A stretch of 64,000 nt of DNA, taken from a phage. Below, piece after piece: positions 19,085-27,910 of the stretch. Every line of letters begins with the position of its first letter. Position 1 is the first letter of the stretch. The notes under the pieces were generated by a model. The model was not told where the DNA came from. It saw only the letters and a list, made by a program, of their open reading frames with translations, and ran no database searches. The stretch lies in the sequence record PZ445530.1; one strand, written 5' to 3'. The position numbers and the translations under genes are program-made.

Positions 19085-19242
19085 CAACCAACGCCCCCGC
19101 CATTGTGCGGGGCTTTTTATTTCTATCCTACGAATAGCGCCCCTGGTTGGCCCTGTAAGCGCCAAAAAGGCCCCACCTATGCAATCGCCCCCTTTAACCT
19201 GAAAACATCGCCCAGGGCCGTTTCATGGCGTTAAAAATATCA

Positions 19243-19270
19243 TTGACATCGTCAACAGGTTAGCTATACT
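19243..19270 (+). promoter_or_regulatory. sigma70-type promoter
   Basis: TTGACA-16nt-TATACT. Confidence 0.55.
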
Positions 19271-19302
19271 AACCACATCAAAGAGAGAAAGGAGTAAACG
19301 CC

Positions 19303-19563
19303 ATGCGTAAATTAAAAAATTTTGATAAAGTTGATGTTGTCCTGAATAATTTTTACTACTGCAACAACAAGGCCATTTGGTGGCGTGATAGTTCCACCGA
19401 TAAAGTCAAGGCGCGCTTTCTCCAGGGGCACTGGCAAGGCCGCCCAGTGATTAAAATCATGGGGCAATTGGTAGCGTTTAAAAATTGCCGCCGTGTTGAT
19501 GACGTTGAGGAGATTTTAAACATTTTGCGCCACAATAATTTAAAAAATAGTGTTGACAAGTAA
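19303..19563 (+). CDS. hypothetical protein
   Basis: 86-aa ORF, SD AAAGGAG. Confidence 0.55.
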   Translation: MRKLKNFDKVDVVLNNFYYCNNKAIWWRDSSTDKVKARFLQGHWQGRPVIKIMGQLVAFKNCRRVDDVEEILNILRHNNLKNSVDK

Positions 19564-19580
19564 ATCTCAATAAGTATAAT
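19553..19580 (+). promoter_or_regulatory. sigma70 consensus promoter
   Basis: TTGACA-16nt-TATAAT; hairpin GGCGGG-aaaactta-CCGCC downstream. Confidence 0.6.
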
Positions 19581-19637
19581 TAAACACACAGGCGGGAAAA
19601 CTTACCGCCACTAACAAAGAAAACAGGAGAAAATATC

Positions 19638-20262
19638 ATGACCACCGTTAACATTACCACAGGTTACAATTTATCTTTCGACGTGCTGACCGATGAACAA
19701 AAAAGAAAAAGCTATTGAAATGGTCCGCGAAAGAGAAGAACACAGCGGGGATAACTTTTTTGCAGAAAGTGTAATTGAAGACTACAAAGAACATATCTTT
19801 CCAGAGTATGGCCTTGAAGATACCAAGGTACATTGGTCCGGCTTTTGGTGCCAGGGCGACGGCGCGTCAATCAGTGCGGAAAACGTGGATTTAGAAAAAT
19901 TCTTGCGTAAAGTCAAGTCTCTGACTAAATTCCGCTCAATTCGTCACTTGTTCGGCACAATGCACGATGGCGAGCTATCCGCAAGTGTTGAGCGTGATCC
20001 ATATAGCCGCTATAGTCACGAAAACACTGTAAGCGGGTACATCGATACTACATGGCTAGACCTGACAGCCAAGCAAGAAAGTAAGGTTGAAGAGCTGGAA
20101 GAGTTGATCACCGAGAACGTACGGGAACTATCCCGCAAGGTTTACGTAGACCTGGAGCAAGCTTATCTTGAACAATTTACTACCGAAAACCTGATCGGCC
20201 TTATCGAGGCCAATGATTGGCGGTTTGATGTGGATGAATATGGAGAGATGAGTTTTTCATAA
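19638..20262 (+). CDS. hypothetical protein; reading frame interrupted, needs a +1 shift in an A6 run (~19699-19704) or the sequence has a homopolymer indel
   Basis: promoter, hairpin and AGGAGA SD serve ATG 19638, which stops after 26 codons; long ORF 19693..20262 continues in +1 frame without its own SD. Confidence 0.4.
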
Positions 20263-20270
20263 ATAAAGTG

Positions 20271-20298
20271 TTGCAATAATCTAAAAACCTGCTATATT
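20271..20298 (+). promoter_or_regulatory. sigma70-type promoter
   Basis: TTGCAA-16nt-TATATT; hairpin GGGGCAA-gacgtt-TGCCCC downstream. Confidence 0.5.
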
Positions 20299-20352
20299 AA
20301 AACTCAAGGGGCAAGACGTTTGCCCCCCACACAAAACAAAGAGGAAAACATC

Positions 20353-20733
20353 ATGAAAAACACTACTAAAGCTATTGACACCGTCATGTTTAACCTGGTT
20401 ACCTTTCGCGAGGATATGAAAGATCTTCCACGTGAAACAGTGTGCGATCACATTGAAAACTATCGCAAACTAATCAAAGAGTTGCCTTTAAAACGTGATC
20501 AGTATGCGGCTAACGCCATGCTTAATGCCATGATCAAAAAGATGATCCAGTGTGATTTAACTCTGGCCTATGACTATGCGGGTGGTCGTTTTGCAGTATA
20601 CAATCAGCCCGTGCCCGGTATGGGCACCACCGAAGAATTGCACGCGTTAAATCTGAAGCAAGATGTATGGGATAACATGCCCCGCGTGGTGGTGTGGGCA
20701 GAAAGCGGAAAGATTTACGGCGATAATTTTTAA
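20353..20733 (+). CDS. hypothetical protein
   Basis: ATG after AAAGAGGAAAA SD. Confidence 0.55.
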   Translation: MKNTTKAIDTVMFNLVTFREDMKDLPRETVCDHIENYRKLIKELPLKRDQYAANAMLNAMIKKMIQCDLTLAYDYAGGRFAVYNQPVPGMGTTEELHALNLKQDVWDNMPRVVVWAESGKIYGDNF

Positions 20734-20797
20734 TCAGGTAACAGGCGGCATATTTGCCGCCTTATTGTTAAACAGAGCTGCAAAAGAGGTACATAGA

Positions 20798-21169
20798 ATG
20801 GAATTTATTATTTTGGCTGTAGTAGTTGCCTTGTTCAACGCCTGGATAGCTGGCAAAATAGGTAGATCCGCTTTTCTATGGTTTGTTATATCTATTTTCC
20901 TGGGAGTGGTTGCAACCATTGTACTAGTTATCCTTGCAATTGTTGACAAGGATAATAATAAGAAGGGTAAAGTATTTTCCGACCTGTATGACGCCCAAAC
21001 TTTTGTTAACGCCTATTATAGTGATCTTCCGGTCTCCTTGCGCTGCAGCCTGGCGCAACAAGTTTTTGATGAGGCTAAAACCAGAGATCAAGCCCATGAG
21101 ATATGTTTAACTGAGGCGGATCGCCTATTTGAGAGGAATAGAAAATATGTGGGCCAGCCGTTTAAATAA
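20798..21169 (+). CDS. putative membrane protein (2 TM)
   Basis: ATG after AAAGAGG SD; hydrophobic segments FIILAVVVALFNAWIAG and LWFVISIFLGVVATIVLVILAIV. Confidence 0.5.
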   Translation: MEFIILAVVVALFNAWIAGKIGRSAFLWFVISIFLGVVATIVLVILAIVDKDNNKKGKVFSDLYDAQTFVNAYYSDLPVSLRCSLAQQVFDEAKTRDQAHEICLTEADRLFERNRKYVGQPFK

Positions 21170-21392
21170 TACCACGTTAATTAATCCCTTTAGTGAAGAT
21201 TTGAAGCCAGCCGCCTGGCGTGATGGATTCAATAACGAACGCTTTATTTTCAAGCCTGATCTTGAGGAATTTTATAACAATGGATCGAACAACAGCGGAG
21301 ATAATTTTTCTTGGGATGTGCGTGGTGATGGTACTCCTGGGGGCCATTGTAAACCACGTCACTACTACCAGGAGGAAAGGGGGAGACGATGA
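21147..21392 (+). CDS. hypothetical protein
   Basis: ATG after GAGGAA SD. Confidence 0.4.
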   Translation: MWASRLNNTTLINPFSEDLKPAAWRDGFNNERFIFKPDLEEFYNNGSNNSGDNFSWDVRGDGTPGGHCKPRHYYQEERGRR

Positions 21393-21508
21393 CAACCAAG
21401 GATAAGCCCCGTACCGATAAGGCGCGCCGGGTTATGGTATGGCTTGAGATCATCGCCCTTGAAATATTGCTAGGCGTAGGGATGTACTTTATCGCTGTAA
21501 GTAACTAA
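21389..21508 (+). CDS. small membrane peptide (39 aa)
   Basis: ATGA overlap with upstream stop; GGAGG SD; hydrophobic C-terminal half. Confidence 0.35.
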   Translation: MTTKDKPRTDKARRVMVWLEIIALEILLGVGMYFIAVSN

Positions 21509-21563
21509 GAACGGCCCCCGATCATGGGGGCCTATCTTTTTAAAAAATTTCCCTTTCAGGGTG

Positions 21564-21591
21564 TTGCAATCCGGTCCGCAATATGGATAAT
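21564..21591 (+). promoter_or_regulatory. sigma70-type promoter
   Basis: TTGCAA-16nt-GATAAT; hairpin CGGGGaaacaTCCCCG downstream. Confidence 0.5.
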
Positions 21592-21650
21592 AACAATCAA
21601 CGGGGAAACATCCCCGCCACACAAACAAAAGCCCGAAGAGGAGAAAGAAG

Positions 21651-21850
21651 ATGAGCAACAATATCCGCGTTATTAACTTCAAAAAGAAGAAAAAATTGCC
21701 GTGCTGATTGACGGTCAAGAAATCTTCAAGGGCGACTATGAAGATCATCAAACGGCGATTAGTATCACTCGCGTGATTGGTTATCATAATTTCTACCCCC
21801 AAGGCGCTGAGGCAGCAGTTAAACGAATCAAAGAGATTGTAGGCCTGTAA
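21651..21850 (+). CDS. hypothetical 66-aa protein requiring a -1 shift at AAA-AAG (~21681-21687), or sequence indel
   Basis: ATG with GAGGAGAAAG SD stops after 18 codons; -1 frame continues ...EEKIAVLIDGQEIFKGDYEDH... to stop at 21850. Confidence 0.4.
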
Positions 21851-21852
21851 AA

Positions 21853-21898
21853 TTTATTTTTAGATGGCCTTGACTTCAGGGCCATCGATAAAGTAAAT
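21853..21898 (+). repeat. repeated hairpin/promoter-like element (copy 3)
   Basis: TTTATTTTTAGATGGCCTTGACTTCAGGGCCATCGATAAAGTAAAT. Confidence 0.55.
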
Positions 21899-21943
21899 TT
21901 AAACCCTGTTAAAATACCACGCAGTTAACAAGGAGTGATAGAC

Positions 21944-22243
21944 ATGTTTATCCAGGCTAATAATCTTTATTTCTTTGATGGTCAGATCGTAGATGGTGTG
22001 GAAGTGGAGATCACCGGGTGCCCTGGTGGTCAGGCTATGACTTTCCGGAATAATGCCTTTGATGATTCTCATATCGTTATGAGAATGGAAGTTACGAAGC
22101 TGGACGACAAGAAAACACTTATTGACTATTCTGTGAAAGATCATCCAGACTACCACATGATCTATGGTGATTTGTGCATTGTTGACCGTGACAAGGTGGG
22201 CGGCATTGTGATCGCTATTGTGAACGATGTTTTCTCAAACTAA
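21944..22243 (+). CDS. hypothetical protein
   Basis: ATG after AAGGAG SD. Confidence 0.55.
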   Translation: MFIQANNLYFFDGQIVDGVEVEITGCPGGQAMTFRNNAFDDSHIVMRMEVTKLDDKKTLIDYSVKDHPDYHMIYGDLCIVDRDKVGGIVIAIVNDVFSN

Positions 22244-22260
22244 TTTCAGCAGGTGATTTT

Positions 22261-22611
22261 ATGAAAGTAAAACTATATTACCTTAATGAGCTTAACCCCC
22301 TTGCCCAGGTCCGCGCCCTGGCTAATACCTTGATTTGTGAGAAATCTGTATATTGTGTTGAGCTTAACGCCATGCGTGAACGTCTCAAAGGTGGTTACTT
22401 TGACATCCATGCTGCAATCAACGGCCTGAATATGGAATTTATCCGCTTACGTAACAACAGCCGGAATCTGGCAAGAATGGAACAAGATCCGGCCCACCTT
22501 CGTAAGCTGGTTATTGAAAATCATCTGATGTTCAATGCCGAGGGTGATTATTACCATTTTCACCGCAAACGTTGGTACCGTGGCGGCAATACAAGCAAGA
22601 ATGCAAAATAA
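22261..22611 (+). CDS. hypothetical protein
   Basis: 116-aa ORF. Confidence 0.5.
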   Translation: MKVKLYYLNELNPLAQVRALANTLICEKSVYCVELNAMRERLKGGYFDIHAAINGLNMEFIRLRNNSRNLARMEQDPAHLRKLVIENHLMFNAEGDYYHFHRKRWYRGGNTSKNAK

Positions 22612-22729
22612 GGCCCCTAGCAGGGCCTGCAGCGATATAATCACATAAAGGCTATGCGGTTGCATGGCCTTTATTATTTTAGCGTTACAGCGACCCCTAA
22701 GGCGCTTAAAAAATTTTTTAAAGAAGTAC

Positions 22730-22757
22730 TTGCATCAAGCCCTACAGTATGGATAAT
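22730..22757 (+). promoter_or_regulatory. sigma70-type promoter
   Basis: TTGCAT-16nt-GATAAT; GC hairpin GGGGGGCGGCCCCC downstream. Confidence 0.45.
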
Positions 22758-22813
22758 AGGACGTGTCGGGGGGCGGCCCCCAATCATTAACCGGATAGAT
22801 AGGAGTTAAAACC

Positions 22814-23098
22814 ATGGCTATTGTTACCGCTGGCGATGTAGTAGAAATGGAAGCAAAATACTTAAAAGCGGGTATGCATATCCTACGCAACGATCTTGAA
22901 CTGGTCCTGACAATGGTTGACTATAACCCAGGGCAAGATTATCCAAGTGTTGACTACTTTTTTGAGTATGTTGATGAAGAATTAAAAGAGGATGAGGCTT
23001 ATCAGGGCGAATTCTGTAATTTCTTTTGCTCTGATGAGGTTGTAAAAGTTATCTATCAACCTGGCGTACCTTTCCCGCTGCACGCTATCAATAAATAA
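22814..23098 (+). CDS. hypothetical protein
   Basis: 94-aa ORF, SD TAGGAG. Confidence 0.55.
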   Translation: MAIVTAGDVVEMEAKYLKAGMHILRNDLELVLTMVDYNPGQDYPSVDYFFEYVDEELKEDEAYQGEFCNFFCSDEVVKVIYQPGVPFPLHAINK

Positions 23099-23154
23099 AC
23101 CTGGCGGGGCCGAAAAGGCCCCCCAATTATGAAAATAAAGAGAGGCAAATCATC

Positions 23155-23388
23155 ATGATGGAACAAATTAAACGCGCCGAGGCTATTAATGGCAACGTGA
23201 TCTATTTTGTCAGCAAAAACGAAAAAGGCGTACCCTATGCGGCTGTAATAGTACAGCCTGACGGCGATTATTGGTGCACTGTGTACGGCGCTTATTCTTT
23301 TGGGCGTCCAGTGCATGATAAAATTTTGAAAGTAGCGAACCCTACCGGGAAAAATATTACAGCAGAAAAATTTTTTGAAAAGTGTTGA
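23155..23388 (+). CDS. hypothetical protein
   Basis: 77-aa ORF, SD AGAGAGG. Confidence 0.55.
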   Translation: MMEQIKRAEAINGNVIYFVSKNEKGVPYAAVIVQPDGDYWCTVYGAYSFGRPVHDKILKVANPTGKNITAEKFFEKC

Positions 23389-23412
23389 CATGACCTTATA
23401 AGACTGTAGAAT
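23385..23412 (+). promoter_or_regulatory. sigma70-type promoter
   Basis: TTGACA-16nt-TAGAAT; hairpin GGGGGGC-aacaa-GCCCCCC downstream. Confidence 0.55.
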
Positions 23413-23466
23413 ATAAATCAAAGGGGGGCAACAAGCCCCCCACCAACCACAAAGAGGATAAAAATC

Positions 23467-23646
23467 ATGGCTATTATTGCAAAGACTGAGATCGTAGGCT
23501 TAGATTCTATTCTCCTCGCATATGAGGAAGCTATAGAAATGTATGTGGTTTCCTATGGTGAGTATATTCGTGAATATAAATCTATTGATCTGGCTTTTGA
23601 ATGTTATATTCGCCAGGTAAATAAAGCATATGATGATTATCGTTAA
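23467..23646 (+). CDS. hypothetical small protein (59 aa)
   Basis: ATG after AAAGAGGATAAAA SD; below track cutoff. Confidence 0.45.
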   Translation: MAIIAKTEIVGLDSILLAYEEAIEMYVVSYGEYIREYKSIDLAFECYIRQVNKAYDDYR

Positions 23647-23652
23647 AATAGT

Positions 23653-23680
23653 TTGACAACAATTACAAATCGGGTAGAAT
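23653..23680 (+). promoter_or_regulatory. sigma70-type promoter
   Basis: TTGACA-16nt-TAGAAT. Confidence 0.55.
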
Positions 23681-23731
23681 GTATTTCGTAGGGCGGCAAT
23701 GATGCCGCTCACAACTAAAAGAGAGATCATC

Positions 23732-23926
23732 ATGGCGCTTAAAAAACTAACAAGCAATACTCGTTGGGATGAAATCGACGGGGAAGTTTACATTTTTGCC
23801 CGTAAACCAGGGGATCAAAAATGGTCAAAGGCTTTTACTTGCCATCCTGCAACAATAGATCTGATAAAAAGTCAAGGACTACGTGAAGCAGTAGCAAGAA
23901 GTTTACTGATCCCTTGTAAAAATTAG
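23732..23926 (+). CDS. hypothetical protein
   Basis: ATG after AAAAGAGAG SD. Confidence 0.5.
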   Translation: MALKKLTSNTRWDEIDGEVYIFARKPGDQKWSKAFTCHPATIDLIKSQGLREAVARSLLIPCKN

Positions 23927-23927
23927 T

Positions 23928-23955
23928 TTGACAACAGTCAACAATCTGGTAAAGT
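23928..23955 (+). promoter_or_regulatory. sigma70-type promoter
   Basis: TTGACA-16nt-TAAAGT. Confidence 0.5.
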
Positions 23956-24003
23956 GTACTACATAGCGCGGGAATACTTCCCGCCATTAATGAGGGTAAT
24001 TTA

Positions 24004-24141
24004 ATGAAAACTTTCAACGCAACAGCCTCGACAATTGGTTATATTATTACAGTACAAGCCGTGGATCTGGTAGCAGCAGCAAACAAGATTAAAAAGATGA
24101 TTCCGCCAGGTAGTGAATTTTCCGTTTGGGAAGTAAAATAA
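24004..24141 (+). CDS. hypothetical small protein (45 aa)
   Basis: ATG after TGAGGG SD. Confidence 0.4.
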   Translation: MKTFNATASTIGYIITVQAVDLVAAANKIKKMIPPGSEFSVWEVK

Positions 24142-24144
24142 ATC

Positions 24145-24172
24145 TTGACAATAATTTATTACTTGATAGACT
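24145..24172 (+). promoter_or_regulatory. sigma70-type promoter
   Basis: TTGACA-16nt-TAGACT. Confidence 0.5.
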
Positions 24173-24224
24173 GTATTTCGTAGTGCGGGGAAATAAGGCA
24201 ACGCCCATTAATGAGGGTAGAATC

Positions 24225-24329
24225 ATGTTAGAGAAAATTTTCACGGTTGTAGTAGTTGGCCTGGCATTATCGGTTGGATGGGTTGCAACTATGGCTAACA
24301 TGATCCTATCTTCCCACGGTATCGGTTAA
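24225..24329 (+). CDS. small hydrophobic peptide (34 aa)
   Basis: ATG after TGAGGG SD; FTVVVVGLALSVGWVATMANMIL. Confidence 0.4.
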   Translation: MLEKIFTVVVVGLALSVGWVATMANMILSSHGIG

Positions 24330-24339
24330 GGTGAATCAA

Positions 24340-24555
24340 ATGATCACGAATAAAACAGGTAAAACGGAATTCTTGCGCGGCTTGCAGGTCGGCAAGCCTG
24401 AGATCTGGCATTGCACTAAAACACCACGTGACGAAATGAAAGACTTCACCGCCACGCTGCAACGGGTAAAGATATCCATTACGCAGAAAAAAGCCTTGAT
24501 AGTGGTGGAAGGTGAGATCCCTCAAGCCGTTGTTATAGTTGAGCGTACAGCATAG
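24340..24555 (+). CDS. hypothetical protein
   Basis: ATG after AAGGTGA SD. Confidence 0.45.
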   Translation: MITNKTGKTEFLRGLQVGKPEIWHCTKTPRDEMKDFTATLQRVKISITQKKALIVVEGEIPQAVVIVERTA

Positions 24556-24646
24556 TTTAATTTATACCGATACCCGAAAATTAACCAACAAAGCATAAAC
24601 AGGCGGTTGCCGCCGCCTTAAACGTAGCAGAAAGAGGATAGATACA

Positions 24647-24880
24647 ATGAAAAAGATGATCGCAGTAGTTGCCCTGGTTCTGGAAGAAGAAATTAAAGCC
24701 ATGCACCATAGCAACAGATTTATTGGTGACGCGCAGGATAATATGAAAGTATGCCGCCATAAAGTTAATGAAGTGCTTAAAGAGTACGGCTATAAAGATC
24801 TTATGATCAAACGTGAGGAAAAATTCCGCTACCGTAACGACCTGGCAAATCGGATTTTTGAAATATACGAATCATTATAA
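24647..24880 (+). CDS. hypothetical protein
   Basis: 77-aa ORF, SD AAAGAGGA. Confidence 0.55.
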   Translation: MKKMIAVVALVLEEEIKAMHHSNRFIGDAQDNMKVCRHKVNEVLKEYGYKDLMIKREEKFRYRNDLANRIFEIYESL

Positions 24881-24898
24881 TTTTTTAACTGAATTATC

Positions 24899-24923
24899 AA
24901 GGGGCTTAGGCCCCTTTCTTTTT
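24899..24923 (+). terminator. rho-independent terminator
   Basis: AAGGGGC-TTAG-GCCCCTT followed by TCTTTTTGT. Confidence 0.6.
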
Positions 24924-24930
24924 GTCTGCT

Positions 24931-27360
24931 CTTCTCCTACCATAAACGGCCCTACCTGGCAAGTGGAATAATTGACTAGCCATCAATCCCACATACTGTA
25001 CAAATATACATGGAAAATAACTATTGCATAATTTTTCATTGTGTGGTAGCAAGTCCATTTTTACCCGTTTTCTCTCCCAAAAGTGCACGTAATGCCGCTA
25101 TTGCACAAATTTTAACCTGATGCACATCTCCAATATCTTGTCAACAACTAAAAATCTTTATAAGTCATACACTTACACAGCATCGAAAGCGTGTTCTACG
25201 CGAAAAATCGAGTATAACTATAGCCGCCAGATCTCAGAATTCACGTACGCACGCCATTCTATAGCCTGCAAAGTATTTATTCCAACCACAGAATAACGGA
25301 ATAGTCAATACCTGCATAAAATAATTATTCGTGCAAACTGCATAACATAAATCAGCTCAGGTGTCAACATTTTTCGTAAACAGTCCGAAATTATAACGAT
25401 GAGTTATCATAAACAGAGAAATCTTTAGTCGTCTAATGTTTACTGTACATTACTATACTGACTGGAATCATTAGATGACTAAGAGAAAGATAAGAAATAA
25501 TTAATAATGTAATTATTTTACCTGTAACAATAAGGCAACTATGCAAACGAATGGCATGGCGCGACGGAGTCGCGACATAATATAAAAGCAGTAACCATCA
25601 CCCCCGTGATAGTTTGTCTGCAAACTATTAATCAGATCATAGTTGCCTTGTATTTAGTTAATCATGACATAACAAGCAAGGCAACTATAGATCTGCTAAT
25701 AGTTGCCCTGCTTTTATATTATGTCATGCTAATTATAATCAGTGCGATTATTGTCATGTATAATTATTGTCATGCAAACGAATGGCATGGCTGATTATCG
25801 GTGTGTAAACAGTCAATCATGTAAATGGTTAGCATGTGAACAATCAGGAATGTAAACAATCCAGTGTGTAAACTAATAGGTGTGTAAAAGTGTCATGTTG
25901 TGTCAGTTAGGTCACATTATGTCAGACAAGTTTTTCTCCTCTTTGTCAAGTGCTGCATGAAAAATTTACAAACTGGTATGGTAGCATTTTTGCGGCCCTG
26001 TTTACATTCAGTAATGTATGTATAATCCTTGTTGTGTGGGCGTTTAGACGTCTAGACGGTTGGAAGTCCACAGGTCAATATCTAATCTATCGGCTGCTAA
26101 CTATATCCCACACAAATAGCAAGAAATATGATTGTTATATGCGTAAACTGTAACTCATGTTATCAATCCCTGTATGGATCGCCAGTGGTGCGCATAATGG
26201 GTATTATGTTAAATTGCCCGTAATGATAACTATTCTCACAATGATAGGTATTCTCATTCATCCACATAAAATAGGTTGCAAATGTTGTGCCACTGTGTGA
26301 ACGGCCTGGCCTATTAATTTGCCTCACTGCCTTGATATTTGAGAATTGTTATAAGAATGAGAAGTATTCCCATTTCGTCCGCCTGGCAGCACTCCTGTAG
26401 GTCAGGTCAAAATCGTGGTAGAATTGGGCCTGTTCAGATATTTCTGGCTGACTCTTCAGGTCTGTGTGGGAAAAGCCAACCTCTCCGGCGGGGCAGGGGG
26501 TCATGACGGGAAAATTGCAGGTCAATTAAAAATTTACGTGGTGTATGAAGCGCTCTTCAGGTAAGGCATGTATTATGGGATGAAACCCGCTTCAGGCAAT
26601 GATATTTGTGGGTGTGATATTTGCTGGAAAGCCAGATATGACGGGACTCCCGGCGGGGATGGGGTAGTACAGACAGGGAAAATATGAGAATGTAGTTGGG
26701 GAAATTGATCAGACAGGTAGAGTATGGAATATGTTACAAGTATGTTAAATATGGAGGTTGAATATCTGTAGGATTTGTGTGTAAAATCAAAGACTTAAGG
26801 GGTGTTGTGGTATTTTCTATAAATAATTCAAGTTTAATAGGCAATATTTGTCTCTATCCGTTTTGTGTGGTAAACAGATTCAGATTAGATTGGTTTACAA
26901 GTGTATACATAATATACAAATTAAAGATACAAGAAACCCCCCTCCCCCCTTCGGCTACCATTCACCTTTTCCTCTGACTGGTACTTAAACACTTATTCAG
27001 ACTCTTCAGGTTATCACCCATATATCATATGGCAGTGACTGGTGTCCTCCGGCCCCTCTTTCGTCACCCGTCCGCTTCGCCATGCTAATGCCATAGCCAA
27101 TGGTTCGGTTGTTCACCCTGTTCACTCAGGTGTATCTCCATACCCCTTCAAACCGAAGAGAACAGAAAACCCGAATTACTCGGTAAAAGAAAAGAGAAGA
27201 ACTTAATTTTATCAGGATAGGCAAGAATGTCAAGGCATGACTGCTCACTAAACAAGCAAACAGTCATGTGTGGAAGGTAAGTGATTGTGGTGGTGGGAAA
27301 TTTAGTTGAAAGATGTGTTATAGGTGCTTCCAGCACTTTAGCCGGGCAGCTAATTGTGTG
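24931..27360. repeat. 2.4-kb AT-rich non-coding region dense in direct and inverted repeats
   Basis: no ORF with SD; 20-bp direct repeat ATGCAAACGAATGGCATGGC at ~25541 and ~25772; inverted GGCAACTAT/ATAGTTGCC; GTGTGTAAAC x3; CTCTTCAGG x4; CCGGCGGGG x2. Confidence 0.55.
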
Positions 27361-27576
27361 TCAGTCCAGCGGTTCATCCTCTACTTCACTGAAATCAATG
27401 TTCATGGTCTCTTCCCAACCATCGATCTCAGCACAAGAGTGGAGTTCTTTAGGGTTTACTCCCAAAGCCTCAGCAACAGAGTCTATATTTAACACCTCTG
27501 GCAGGTATGATTCATCGAATTCAAGGTAAATCAGGCCACGAGTGTTGTCAGCTCCACCAAATATTTCTATCTTCAT
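27361..27576 (-). CDS. small acidic protein (MKIEI... family)
   Basis: 71 aa, acidic, N-terminus MKIEI as in other members. Confidence 0.5.
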   Translation of the reverse strand: MKIEIFGGADNTRGLIYLEFDESYLPEVLNIDSVAEALGVNPKELHSCAEIDGWEETMNIDFSEVEDEPLD

Positions 27577-27697
27577 GAAATCTCCTCTGGAAATGAGAGT
27601 GTGAACAGGGTTTTATACGTTCCGATGCACAGGAATTATGCACGTTTGCCTCTTCAGGCCATGCTTTAGCATGAGGAACCTGTGTGGGCTCGGTGCT

Positions 27698-27910
27698 TCA
27701 TAGTCTACCACCCCTGAACTCTTCGTGCTCAGGCATAATAGAGAACCAGATATCTACGATGTCTTCCCACGTTAGGTCATCAGCCTCAGGATCTACCTGG
27801 AGCGAAGATGGAGAATCTTCAGAATCTAAGTTTTCCTCTTTCACTGGCTCAGCCAAGGGACATATAGTCACTCCTTTGGATGTCTCTTCAGATGCATGTG
27901 TGTTTATCAT
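27698..27910 (-). CDS. small acidic protein
   Basis: 70 aa, Asp/Glu-rich. Confidence 0.45.
   Translation of the reverse strand: MINTHASEETSKGVTICPLAEPVKEENLDSEDSPSSLQVDPEADDLTWEDIVDIWFSIMPEHEEFRGGRL

Noticed and set aside
25225-25250. Adjacent AGATCT and GAATTC restriction sites suggesting an engineered polylinker
   Set aside because: Only two common hexamers a few bases apart with no further vector-like sequence; consistent with chance in an AT-rich region.
25606-26977. Short ORFs (25606..25794, 25950..26153, 26777..26977) in the convergent non-coding zone
   Set aside because: No ribosome-binding sites, hydrophobic low-complexity translations driven by AT-rich repeats; more likely non-coding.
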